DNA of 64,000 nt from Candidatus Latescibacterota bacterium (GTDB taxonomy: Bacteria; Latescibacterota; UBA2968): contig OZ244960.1 of NCBI GenBank assembly GCA_965222605.1, positions 6,274,377 through 6,338,376 on the forward strand. Direction: 5' to 3'. The position numbers and the translations under genes are program-made. Shown here one piece after another: positions 9,449 to 18,960 of the stretch; the first letter of the stretch is position 1, and the number at the start of each line of letters is the position of its first letter. The notes under the pieces were generated by a model. That model saw nothing but the letters and a program-made list of their open reading frames with translations. It ran no database searches and was not told the origin of the DNA.

Positions 9449-9505
9449 GTGTTTGTCCACCAGTTAGTTAGCCCCACAACTTCAATTAATTTTGTGGGTT
9501 TTTTT
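9449..9505 (+). terminator. Junction repeat, copy 3, with intrinsic terminator
   Basis: GTGTTTGTCCACCA, then CCCACAA...TTGTGGG stem and a T-run. Confidence 0.7.
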
Positions 9506-9589
9506 ATTTTTGCTAAACTATTTTATTTGAAAAACATTTGATGTGTTTGACTGAGCGTCGTATTATTGGGAAAATAAAGGAGGTGACCC

Positions 9590-9742
9590 GTGCCAAATAT
9601 AGAGACAATCAAGTCGGCAAATAAAAAAGATTGGGACAAATGGGATAAACAGATTGAGGAGGACTCAAAATCGGGAAAATTGGATTTTTTAATTGCTGAT
9701 GCTATGAAAGAGAAAGAGAAGGGAACGCTTGTCGAATCCTGA
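9590..9742 (+). CDS. Small (50 aa) antitoxin-like protein, probably internally deleted
   Basis: AAGGAGGTGA RBS and GTG start. WDKWDKQIEEDSKSGKLDFLI resembles small antitoxins that normally precede RelE-like toxins. Confidence 0.55.
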   Translation: MPNIETIKSANKKDWDKWDKQIEEDSKSGKLDFLIADAMKEKEKGTLVES

Positions 9743-9759
9743 CCTTTGAAAGGTATAAC

Positions 9760-11175
9760 ATGCGCAGAGCAAAAATTGTGAGTACACTTGGTCCTGCGAG
9801 TTCTTCAGATCGCGTGATAGAGCAACTGATTGGGGCGGGGGTAGATGTTTTTCGGCTCAATTTTTCACACGGGACGCGGGACGAACACGCAGAAAATGTT
9901 GGGCGCATTCGGCAGATTGCGGATAACATGCAGCGCAGTGTCGCCATTTTGCAGGATTTGCAAGGGCCAAAAATGCGGGTGGGGAAACTCGCACAGGACC
10001 CGATTGAATTGAGAGAAGGCAACAAGCTGACAGTGACGACCCGCGAAGTTCCGGGCGATGCCGAGTGTGTATCGACAACTTATGCGGGATTGCCCCGAGA
10101 TGTGAGGCCAGCGGATCGCATTTTGCTCGATGACGGGCATATTGAGTTGATGGTGCGCGAGGTCTATCGCTCAGATGTCGTGTGTGAAATCGTGGTGGGC
10201 GGGCTGTTAAAATCCAATAAGGGTATCAATTTGCCCGGGGTGCGGGTCAGCGCGCCTTCTCTGACGACAAAAGATCGAGAGGACCTGGATCTGGGCATCG
10301 AATTGGGTGTGGATTATATAGCTTTGTCTTTTGTGCGGGAACCCGACGATGTGCGAGAGGTTCAACATATTATTGAACGGACAGAGAAGGAGATCCCCGT
10401 TATTGCAAAGCTGGAACGCGCCGAAGCCGTTGATCATCTCGAAGATATTCTCGATGTTGCCGATGGTGTGATGGTTGCGCGAGGAGACCTGGGCGTAGAA
10501 TTATCACCCGAAGACGTGCCAGTGATCCAGAAGCGCGTGATTTCGGCGGCTAACCGCGCGGGGGTATTCGTGATTACGGCTACGCAGATGCTGGAGTCAA
10601 TGACCGATCATCCTCGGCCCACGCGCGCCGAGGCGTCAGATGTCGCCAATGCGATTTTCGACGGTACAGATGCGGTGATGCTGTCCGGCGAGACTGCGAT
10701 TGGCAAATATCCCGTTCAAACCGTGCAGATGATGGCGCGGATTATTGAGAAGGCCGAAGCGAGTGTGGAACTGGCTCCGCCAATTTTGAATCTGGATTCA
10801 TCGCTCTCTTTCCCGGATGCGATTGGACAAGCCGCCGCTGCGGTATCGACGGCGGTATCTCCCAAAGCCATTGTCGCATTTACCCAATCGGGATCTACTG
10901 CGCGTCTAATTTCAAAACGCAGACCGCGCACGCCGATTATTGCGTTTACGCCCAGCGCGCGGATATGTCGTCGGTTGTGCTTGTGCTGGGGCGTTGAACC
11001 CCGTCAAATTACGCTGATCGACGACACGGATCGCATGGTTGCCGAAGTTGAAGCGCGTTTGCTCTCTGAGGGCAATGTGCGTTTTGGAGATACGCTGGTA
11101 ATTCTGGCCGGTGCGCCCATCACGGCGCGTGCCGAGACCAATTTGCTGAAATTGCATCGGATTGGAGAAACTTAG
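9760..11175 (+). CDS. pyk: Pyruvate kinase
   Basis: RRAKIVSTLGPAS, RLNFSHG, DLQGPK, MVARGDLGVE, ATQMLESM, PTRAEASDVANA, DGTDAVMLSGETA. Confidence 0.97.
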   Translation: MRRAKIVSTLGPASSSDRVIEQLIGAGVDVFRLNFSHGTRDEHAENVGRIRQIADNMQRSVAILQDLQGPKMRVGKLAQDPIELREGNKLTVTTREVPGDAECVSTTYAGLPRDVRPADRILLDDGHIELMVREVYRSDVVCEIVVGGLLKSNKGINLPGVRVSAPSLTTKDREDLDLGIELGVDYIALSFVREPDDVREVQHIIERTEKEIPVIAKLERAEAVDHLEDILDVADGVMVARGDLGVELSPEDVPVIQKRVISAANRAGVFVITATQMLESMTDHPRPTRAEASDVANAIFDGTDAVMLSGETAIGKYPVQTVQMMARIIEKAEASVELAPPILNLDSSLSFPDAIGQAAAAVSTAVSPKAIVAFTQSGSTARLISKRRPRTPIIAFTPSARICRRLCLCWGVEPRQITLIDDTDRMVAEVEARLLSEGNVRFGDTLVILAGAPITARAETNLLKLHRIGET

Positions 11176-11248
11176 ATCTCATGGATGAAAAACAGGTAGA
11201 AAATGCCGCGATCTCATGGCCCCTATCTCCTCCAACTCCTGATTTCTT

Positions 11249-13042
11249 ATGAATCATTGTGACAGAATGGATTACATCGATCTCTTAAAGGTCCTCTTCG
11301 TCAGATTGAGGACCTGTTTTATACTGGTCGCTCTGATGGCTGTTGCGCCGGCCTATGGGCAAAATTCATCCGATGACCCCATTGTGAGAAGGCTCCACAT
11401 TTCGGGCGATCGGGTGATCTGGGGAAGTGAATTGAAAGCTTTGATGATTACGCGCGCTTCGCCGTGGTACGATTTTTTGCCTTGGATCCACGCACGCAGA
11501 TACGATCCTTTGATCTTTGCATCTGATCTGGAAAGATTGCGGGCGTATTATCGCGGTCGCGGCTATTTGGCAGTCGCGGTGCATTCGACTGTTGAACACC
11601 TTGACACTGATGAAATAGGGCTGGAAATACGCATCACAGAAGGGCCTTTGACGCGGATTTCCAGGGCGTCGGTAATCGGCGGTGAAGACATGGAGAACGC
11701 TTTTGAACAGCTCGAGGGCAAGCCGCTATCGAGCGATCTCGTAAACAAGGGTGTATCGCAGGTGGTAAGCGGGTTGCGGAACAAGGGCTATGCATTTGTG
11801 CGTGCTGAGGTTGAAACGACCACCGTGGCACAAGAAGTCGCACTCGTTCTAAAACTTGCACCTGGCCCTGTATGCAGCGTGGGCGTTGTGCAAATATCGG
11901 GGTACAAAGCCATGGCGGAAAATACCATCTTGCGCGGTCTCACATTTAAGCCGGGCGATCAATTTAGCGAAGAGGCATTGCAAAACAGCCAGTACCTGCT
12001 CTACCGTGCGGGAGTGTTTCGGTCTGTGGCTTTGGGATTGGCAGATAGCGTGGCGCACGGCAATCGGGTGGATGTAGCTTTGCGCGTGTCCGAACGCCCC
12101 TTTCGCACGTTGCGCGTGGGCGCGGGGTACGACACGGATGAAGACTTGTGGGCCTCGGGCGCGTGGACGCATCGCAATTTTGGAGGGGATTTCCGTCAGT
12201 TCAAGCTGTCTGGGCGCGTTTCCGGAAAGAACAGGGAAGCGGTTATCGGCCTGCGGCAGGCGCATTTTAAGAGCAGTCGCAATTGGTTGAATATCGGTGG
12301 GTTTGTGCAGCGCGAACGGCAGGCGGCATTTGTGCAAGAAGAGGTGGGGGGCAATATATCTCTCGAGAGAAATCTTACGAGGGCTACAGATGTGATCGTG
12401 CAGTTCAGCAGTGGCGTGGTGGATTTTTCAGCCGATAGCGCGTTTGCCGAGACGAAGGTCGGGTTGCTCATGGACACGCGCGACGATATTTTTGACCCGC
12501 AATCGGGTATGCTCGCGCAGTTCACTGTGCGCGAACGCGGGCGTTTTTTCAGGTCCGATGACGAATTTTTGCAGGCAACGGCAGAGGGGCGATGGTTCCG
12601 CCGCATACTATGGCGAAGTGTGCTGGCACTGCGCGTGCAGGGCGGCGTGATTTTTGAACTGGGCAAGGCGGGTGGCGTGCCCAATGTCGAGCGGTTTTTT
12701 GCAGGCGGACTCAATAGTGTGCGGGGATGGGGATTAAATGAATTGGGGCCAAAAGACCAGCAGGGCGAGCCAACAGGTGGTTTGAGCCGTGTGGAGATGA
12801 GCATGGAGATTAGAACGCAGATGTTTTTTTTTCTGGGCACAGCTATTTTTGTAGATGCGGGCAATGTCGATGTGGCACTGGGCGCGTTTAACCCTGGATC
12901 GTTGAAGTACTCTGTGGGAGCGGGACTTCGATATTTGAGTCCGGTTGGTCCCGTAAGATTTGATGTGGGCTACCGTCTGTCAGATGATAGGATGGAGAAG
13001 AAACGCATTCAGTATCACATTAGTTTGGGGCAGGCATTTTGA
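11249..13042 (+). CDS. tamA: BamA/TamA (Omp85) family outer membrane protein
   Basis: POTRA-like repeats, RFFAGGLNSVRGW, YLSPVGPVRFDVGY and terminal ISLGQAF; upstream of TamB. Start uncertain (11249 or 11267). Confidence 0.88.
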   Translation: MNHCDRMDYIDLLKVLFVRLRTCFILVALMAVAPAYGQNSSDDPIVRRLHISGDRVIWGSELKALMITRASPWYDFLPWIHARRYDPLIFASDLERLRAYYRGRGYLAVAVHSTVEHLDTDEIGLEIRITEGPLTRISRASVIGGEDMENAFEQLEGKPLSSDLVNKGVSQVVSGLRNKGYAFVRAEVETTTVAQEVALVLKLAPGPVCSVGVVQISGYKAMAENTILRGLTFKPGDQFSEEALQNSQYLLYRAGVFRSVALGLADSVAHGNRVDVALRVSERPFRTLRVGAGYDTDEDLWASGAWTHRNFGGDFRQFKLSGRVSGKNREAVIGLRQAHFKSSRNWLNIGGFVQRERQAAFVQEEVGGNISLERNLTRATDVIVQFSSGVVDFSADSAFAETKVGLLMDTRDDIFDPQSGMLAQFTVRERGRFFRSDDEFLQATAEGRWFRRILWRSVLALRVQGGVIFELGKAGGVPNVERFFAGGLNSVRGWGLNELGPKDQQGEPTGGLSRVEMSMEIRTQMFFFLGTAIFVDAGNVDVALGAFNPGSLKYSVGAGLRYLSPVGPVRFDVGYRLSDDRMEKKRIQYHISLGQAF

Positions 13043-13090
13043 AAAGTCAAAAGAAGACAGCGAGTAATTTGAGCTGTCTCACGGCACAGA

Positions 13091-13145
13091 CACAGATGAA
13101 CGCAGATAAAGGGTGCAACCGTAGGGGCGTGCCCTGTGCCCGCCC
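13091..13145 (+). repeat. Composite ACAGATGAAC + GTAG-type REP element
   Basis: CACAGATGAACGCAGATAAAGG...GTAGGGGCGTGCCCTGTGCCCGCCC; homologous to 25511-25576. Confidence 0.7.
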
Positions 13146-13161
13146 TTGAGAGCGATTTGAC

Positions 13162-16100
13162 ATGCACAGACGAGCGAAATCAATAATCTGGATCATGGTC
13201 AGCGCGGGCATTGTGCTGGCGGTGGTGGCGATACTGGTCGCGGGTGGCTATGCCAATGGTCTTTTGCGCGGGTTGGCGCAACGCGCCCTGTCCCGGCAAG
13301 GGGATGAGATCTATCTGATTGGTGAGATCCAGGGCAATCCGCTGGGGGATTGTCGCATTGTAGATGTGCAAGTTGGAGATTGGGTGCAGGTAGATACGCT
13401 CGATGTGGCGTACAGTTTTTGGAGCCTGATAAGGGGTAAGGCTTTGGTCCGTCGGCTGCGGTTGTCGGGGATTGAAATGCGGATTGACGCTTCTGGCGAA
13501 GGGACCGAGACGCCGAGGTGGGATGCTCCGCCACCCCTGAATTTAGATATCGAGTCGCTGGAGATTGCGGATGCCAATATTGTAGTTGATGGCACACAGG
13601 TACGCGATCTCGCCCTAAAGGGCGCTATTTTTGCGGGAGAATCGGAGTGCCGTTTGATCCTGGAGCGTTTTCGTTCGGTGCAATTCGATCCGCCGCTGGA
13701 GATAACCAATCTGTCTGGTATTGCCATTCTGCAGGGCGGTCACTTGCAATTGAACGATGTGGCGCTGCATACCCGTGAATCTCGTATTTTGCTGCGTGGG
13801 TCGGTGCGGCAATTGGATAATCCCGAGGTGGATCTCGTAGTGGAAGCCGATTCTTTGTGGCTGGCAGATCTCAGAAATCTGGTCAATCTGCCCACACGTG
13901 CTGCGCAGGTGCGTGGAAACGTGAAAGGTAGCCTGCAATCCCTTGTTACAGAACTGGTTGTGAAATATGAAGAAGCTTCAATTGCGTTTAATGGCGTTAT
14001 GGGAATTGCGCCGTTTGCATTGCGCGGAGATGTGGTCTTTAAGATCGAGACCGATGATCTTATTTCGTTGGGATACACTGGTGGATTTGACACCGATTTA
14101 CCCCGTATCAGCACACGCCTGGACGGGATGATTACTTTTGCAATAGATTCTTCTGGCGTGGAGAGTGCTGTTGCCGAGGGTGTTTTTCGGCGCGTGCAGT
14201 TTGGGGATGCGCGATTCGATTTTGTGCGTCTTGCCGGTAATTTGGCAAATGGCCTGTTGCAGGCACAGGTCACTGCTAACGGACCAAGTGGCAATATAGT
14301 GGGTAGTGGTGAAGTGCGATTGACCTCCAGGGATGGCGAATGGGAAATGCGATTCCGCGATCTGCACACTGGCCATTTTCCCGGCGTGCCCGAAAAAGTC
14401 GGGCGGACGACGGGGCGTATTGAGGGTGCGAGATATGTAGATCAACGACTTTTTATCGATCATTTTGAGACGTCTTTGCAGAATTGGGGAACGCACATCA
14501 ACGGAAATGGGCAATTGCATTTTGAGGGAGAAAAGCTGGCTATTGCAGGGAATATCCAGGCGAAGGTCGCGTTACCCTTTTTGACGGGTACAGTAAAGTG
14601 GGGCACATCACTGACGCTTGAGGGCAATGTGGATGGCATCGCGGGCGGCGAGTTGACCATTGAATTGGCGGGGGATATTGTGGGCAATGCTGCGGCAGAC
14701 AGTTTGCGCGTTTCTGCATTGGTCGATTCTGAGTGGGCATCTGATATTCGCGCTGATCTATCGGGCGCGGGTGGGGTGTTTTCCGCTCAGGGGCGTATTG
14801 ATCGGCATTCTGAGGGCCAATGGCTGATGGATGTGCAGGATTTAGAGGCGATAGGCGAGGTGGTTGATCTGGATTTGTCGGGTACGTTGACCCTATCGGG
14901 TACATGGTCGGGAACATTAGATACGCCCGGTTTTACTGCACAAGGTAGCGCAGATAGTCTCGTTGTGGTGGGCATCCCGCTTCAGAATGTTGGGATTGAG
15001 ACGCGATGGACGCGCCCAGATTCGGGGGCTATCGCCTTGCGAATGGATCGCTTAACCTGGGGGGATCGGTCTTTGCAGGCGGTGTTCTTAGATGCCGTGT
15101 ATGCACGCGGCGAAACATCATTTTTTTTCGGTAGCGACGAGCAGGTGGATAACCGCGTCCTTTTTTTGGGACGCGTAGAGCAAAAAGAAGACCATTTTCA
15201 GGTGGCAATGGATTCACTTTACGTTAAGGCCGATCAAGTGGTGTTGCACAACGAGGGGCCTGTTCGGTTTGCGTATTCGCCATCTCACGGCGTTCACATC
15301 GGGCATTTGGTGCTTTCTGGGCCAGCGGGGCGTCTGATCGCGCGAGATCAACAGGGTTTTCAGGCGACTGTAGAGGTGTTGTTAAAAGATCTGGATTTGC
15401 GCCCCTGGGCGTTTCTGGCGGGCGTTTCAGATGTGGGTGGTGTTCTCAATGGGGAAATAATTTTTGCTGGCACATTGACCGATCCACTCGTTTTGGGTCA
15501 ATTCGCGCTCGCAAATGGTAAAATATCAGGTGTGGGATTCGATAGTGCCGCAGGAGAGGTGTCCCTGGGCAATGACAGGATACACTTTGACGTGAAAGTC
15601 GTACCCGATGGAGATGAGGTCCTGGCACTGTTTGGCTACTTTCCCATTGCAGGTGCAGGTGATATGCATCTGCGCGCTCGGTCTGAGGGGATCGCGCTCA
15701 AGACACGCCAGAACTTAACGGAGAAAAAAACGGAATTGGCCGGGATAAAACGATTCGAGGGATTGACATTTGGCACAGTGCCAAACGCGTTTTTCGGTGC
15801 CGCTGAGGGGATTTCAGGGATGTTCTCGTTCGATCTGGAAGCGCGTGGTCGTTTTGAGCAACCGGACATTCGAGGGGTGCTCGAAATTCGAGATGGGGCG
15901 TTCCACCTGCCCGATCTGCATCGGTCTTACACACCTGTTTTTGGACGGGTCGTGGTTGGAGATGGAAAAATTCAGATTGACAGCCTTGCGATTGGGGCTT
16001 CGGCAAATATTTCCGGCGATATAATGCTCGAGGGTTTTTTGCCGAGCAAATGGAATTTATCTGCACAATTCCGCGATTTTGAACCGGTTGCCCGGCCCGA

Positions 16101-17046
16101 ACTACAACTCGTAATAGATGGACAATTGCAGTTCACCAGCACGCCGCAGGGCAACAATGTTAAGGGCAAACTGGCGATGAAACAGGCAGAGATTCGCCTG
16201 GCGGAATTGCTCGGGGTCCCGAGCTTGGCGACGAAACAGGCAGAGATTCGCTTGACGGAATTGTTCGAAGGACCGGGTACGGAAATGCCGCCGTTTCTGA
16301 GGGATCCTGAAATACACCTGCAAGTGTCTGCCGACAGACAGGTGTGGTTGCGCGACCCGACCTTTGAGGTGGAAATCGGGGGCGATTTGGATGTGATAAA
16401 AAATCGCGAAGATTCGCGTATTTACGGCACGATGTCGAGCCGCCGGGGCAATTACATCTGGCAAAACCACCACTTGCGTATTACACGAGGTGAAATTCAA
16501 TTTCAAGGCAGACCCGACTGGAACCCCGATCTGGATATTCGCGCCGAGACGCGCGTGCGAGCTGTGATTACAGAGGGCGAGCCGCCAAAGCCTGTTGATA
16601 TTATTGTCACAGTGGGGGGGACATTGACGTATCCGCAGATTTCGTTTGATAGCGATTCGTCATTGGGAGGGGATGCGGGGAATATCGCATCTCTGCTGTT
16701 GACTGGCAGACCGGCTGATCAATTTCAGTTTTCCGGCGGGCACACGCTGGACCTGGTTTTGGGAGTTGCTGCAAATCGCCTGGGGCGACACATTGGACAA
16801 AAACTGCGTCTGGATCTGGTGGAAATCGATATTGGCGAGGGCAATATCTCCAGGATTCGATTGGGCAAGTATATTGGCAACAGGTTGTTTATGAGTTATG
16901 CAAAGGATATTTCGAGCACGGCTTATGAAGCGGCGATGGAGTTTGAGATCTGGCCAGAAGTGATATTGGAAGCGAGTCAGATAGAAGAGGAAGATACGCG
17001 ACGCAGGCGAGGATCGGTAGGGTTATTCTGGAAGAAAGAGTGGTGA
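13162..17046 (+). CDS. tamB: Translocation and assembly module TamB (DUF490)
   Basis: N-terminal membrane anchor, long beta-rich body, C-terminal NPDLDIRA...GGTLTYP...GKYIGNRLFMSY. Confidence 0.88.
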   Translation: MHRRAKSIIWIMVSAGIVLAVVAILVAGGYANGLLRGLAQRALSRQGDEIYLIGEIQGNPLGDCRIVDVQVGDWVQVDTLDVAYSFWSLIRGKALVRRLRLSGIEMRIDASGEGTETPRWDAPPPLNLDIESLEIADANIVVDGTQVRDLALKGAIFAGESECRLILERFRSVQFDPPLEITNLSGIAILQGGHLQLNDVALHTRESRILLRGSVRQLDNPEVDLVVEADSLWLADLRNLVNLPTRAAQVRGNVKGSLQSLVTELVVKYEEASIAFNGVMGIAPFALRGDVVFKIETDDLISLGYTGGFDTDLPRISTRLDGMITFAIDSSGVESAVAEGVFRRVQFGDARFDFVRLAGNLANGLLQAQVTANGPSGNIVGSGEVRLTSRDGEWEMRFRDLHTGHFPGVPEKVGRTTGRIEGARYVDQRLFIDHFETSLQNWGTHINGNGQLHFEGEKLAIAGNIQAKVALPFLTGTVKWGTSLTLEGNVDGIAGGELTIELAGDIVGNAAADSLRVSALVDSEWASDIRADLSGAGGVFSAQGRIDRHSEGQWLMDVQDLEAIGEVVDLDLSGTLTLSGTWSGTLDTPGFTAQGSADSLVVVGIPLQNVGIETRWTRPDSGAIALRMDRLTWGDRSLQAVFLDAVYARGETSFFFGSDEQVDNRVLFLGRVEQKEDHFQVAMDSLYVKADQVVLHNEGPVRFAYSPSHGVHIGHLVLSGPAGRLIARDQQGFQATVEVLLKDLDLRPWAFLAGVSDVGGVLNGEIIFAGTLTDPLVLGQFALANGKISGVGFDSAAGEVSLGNDRIHFDVKVVPDGDEVLALFGYFPIAGAGDMHLRARSEGIALKTRQNLTEKKTELAGIKRFEGLTFGTVPNAFFGAAEGISGMFSFDLEARGRFEQPDIRGVLEIRDGAFHLPDLHRSYTPVFGRVVVGDGKIQIDSLAIGASANISGDIMLEGFLPSKWNLSAQFRDFEPVARPELQLVIDGQLQFTSTPQGNNVKGKLAMKQAEIRLAELLGVPSLATKQAEIRLTELFEGPGTEMPPFLRDPEIHLQVSADRQVWLRDPTFEVEIGGDLDVIKNREDSRIYGTMSSRRGNYIWQNHHLRITRGEIQFQGRPDWNPDLDIRAETRVRAVITEGEPPKPVDIIVTVGGTLTYPQISFDSDSSLGGDAGNIASLLLTGRPADQFQFSGGHTLDLVLGVAANRLGRHIGQKLRLDLVEIDIGEGNISRIRLGKYIGNRLFMSYAKDISSTAYEAAMEFEIWPEVILEASQIEEEDTRRRRGSVGLFWKKEW

Positions 17047-17067
17047 GGAAAAATAAAATATAGGGGA

Positions 17068-17106
17068 AAAAACTGCCTCCCGAGATTTTTGGGGTGGCAG
17101 TTTTTC
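17068..17106. terminator. Bidirectional intrinsic terminator between tamB and the asparagine synthase-like gene
   Basis: AAAAACTGCC...GGCAGTTTTT inverted repeat between convergent genes. Confidence 0.75.
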
Positions 17107-17107
17107 A

Positions 17108-18808
17108 TTATGGGGTAATCTTTAGAAGCTCAGCCACTTCTTCTGATGTGCGGTATTTGCCGTCAAAGAGTTGGAGAAGATAGAGTTGGTAGGTGAGGTA
17201 GCGCCCCAGAATGATAGTGTGGTCTTCACCTGCGAGGTGGCGTTGCCAGAGTTTGGAGGTTTCAGATGTGTTGTAGAGAAGATGGTCGCACAAATTTTTA
17301 CCCGGCGATTGGCGCAACCAATTCGCGTAATCGGCAAAGGTATGGGACGGGCGGTTGTGCAATCGGGTGAGACCCCGCAGGATTTTGACGGTCCAGGAAG
17401 AATGGGATAAGGGAAATCCCGTGGCTTGATAGGGAATATTTTTGAAATATTCGGGAAAGGTTTCGAGAAGCATTTGTCGGTAGAGGCGATTGTTGGCTTT
17501 TTGTTGCAGGGGAATAGAATAGAGAAATTCCTGAACCTGATTGTCGAGGAATGGCAAGCGGTATTCGAGGCCGTGCAAAAGTCCCAGCCGGGGACCGTGC
17601 AGGGTGAACCCACGCATGCGCCAGTCTATGTAAAAAGCATGTGCTGATCCCGCCTTGTTAAATGCGGTTTCCAAATGTTGGATCACGTCGCTATTTGCCC
17701 GGATGTGTAGCTTATTTTTCAGGTAGGCTGAGAGTTGGTTGGGGCGAAACAGATGGCCTGCACCTGCTAACCCGTCGCCTCCTGCGCCGTTGAGGCAGAT
17801 ATCACAGGCTTCTTTCTGTTGCTTGAGGTGTTCAATACCGTGCATATGGAGCAGGTCGAGTGCGCCATCGGCATACCACACGCCGGAGATTCTCGGCAAG
17901 AGCCAATTTTTATTGTGGAGGGGGAGGACGGTATGTGGCGCGTTTTTTACAGATGCTGCTTGAGCTGCAATGCGAACATCGGCACTGTCGGGATGGCCAA
18001 ATGTGAAGGTTTTAGGTACTCGGGACATGGCGGCGAGAATCGCACGCGAATCGAGGCCTCCGCTGAGAGCGAGACCGGTTTGCGACGTGGTTCTCTGTTC
18101 TACGGCAGTGCGAAAGCGCGCGCCCAATTCATGTGCCAATTCGCGTTGGCTGTGATGCCGAGCAAGGGGGACAATTTCATCCCACGACCAGTAGCGTCGC
18201 TGTGTAAGACTGCCGTCCGAGATGCGAAACGTCATTTTCGTTGCAGCAGGCACGGGCGCGACGCCTTTGAGCCAGGTGCGATCAGAAGGCAATTGTCCTG
18301 TGGCAAAAAATATGTCGCGGGAAATGGGGTCAATCGCAGGCGAAAACCCGGGCAGCGCAAGAAAAGCTTTGGTCTGAGAGGCCCATGCAATGCGATTGCC
18401 CAGGCGCGTCCAGTAGAGCGGGCGCAAGCCATAGCGATCAGTGACAATGTGCAGTTCATTTTTGTGCGTATCGAAAACCACCCCGGCAAAAAGGCCATCG
18501 ATACGGTTCAGTAGTTCGCGCTCGTCCGTGATGGCATGAACCAAAAATTCGGGGTCAGAAGTAGCAGATCGAGCCAGCGTGGCGCGATCAAAAAATTCAC
18601 CGTCGAGCCAGGCAATATGTCCCGTTTGCGTCTGGCAAACAGGGGGGGTGGCACGCCAATCTGGCGCGAACGCGACGCCCGCAATGTGCGGGGCAACGAC
18701 GAAGGGATGCGCTTTTTGGTGTACGACAAGGCTATCTGCCATGCGCGTGAGTTCGCGGGTGAGTTCGCGGAAGTCAAGAGGCGATTGGGATGTGAATCCT
18801 GCGAGCAT
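17108..18808 (-). CDS. Asparagine synthase-related protein (degenerate Ntn domain plus PP-loop synthetase domain)
   Basis: DRYGLRPLY, LSGGLDSR, GAGGD, EYRLPFLD. No N-terminal catalytic Cys. Confidence 0.85.
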   Translation of the reverse strand: MLAGFTSQSPLDFRELTRELTRMADSLVVHQKAHPFVVAPHIAGVAFAPDWRATPPVCQTQTGHIAWLDGEFFDRATLARSATSDPEFLVHAITDERELLNRIDGLFAGVVFDTHKNELHIVTDRYGLRPLYWTRLGNRIAWASQTKAFLALPGFSPAIDPISRDIFFATGQLPSDRTWLKGVAPVPAATKMTFRISDGSLTQRRYWSWDEIVPLARHHSQRELAHELGARFRTAVEQRTTSQTGLALSGGLDSRAILAAMSRVPKTFTFGHPDSADVRIAAQAASVKNAPHTVLPLHNKNWLLPRISGVWYADGALDLLHMHGIEHLKQQKEACDICLNGAGGDGLAGAGHLFRPNQLSAYLKNKLHIRANSDVIQHLETAFNKAGSAHAFYIDWRMRGFTLHGPRLGLLHGLEYRLPFLDNQVQEFLYSIPLQQKANNRLYRQMLLETFPEYFKNIPYQATGFPLSHSSWTVKILRGLTRLHNRPSHTFADYANWLRQSPGKNLCDHLLYNTSETSKLWQRHLAGEDHTIILGRYLTYQLYLLQLFDGKYRTSEEVAELLKITP

Positions 18809-18960
18809 AAAAAAATACCTATTTAAATACCCACTGACGTTCGTCCGAGATTACATGTATCCAATATAAGGAAAACTTTATGATTTCACTTTTCATTTTT
18901 CGCTTTTATAGGTACAATAGGACAGTTCTAATATCGTCGCATTTAACCACAGAGGTCGAA

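Noticed and set aside
5057-9505. Junction repeats as integron attC sites
   Set aside because: No clear RYYYAAC...GTTRRRY boxes, mixed gene orientations and no intI in the window.
11175-11240. Minus-strand GGAGGAG + 12-codon ORF (MRSRHFLPVFHP) with a 10-bp direct repeat GATCTCATGG
   Set aside because: Too short to support a call; possibly a deletion scar.
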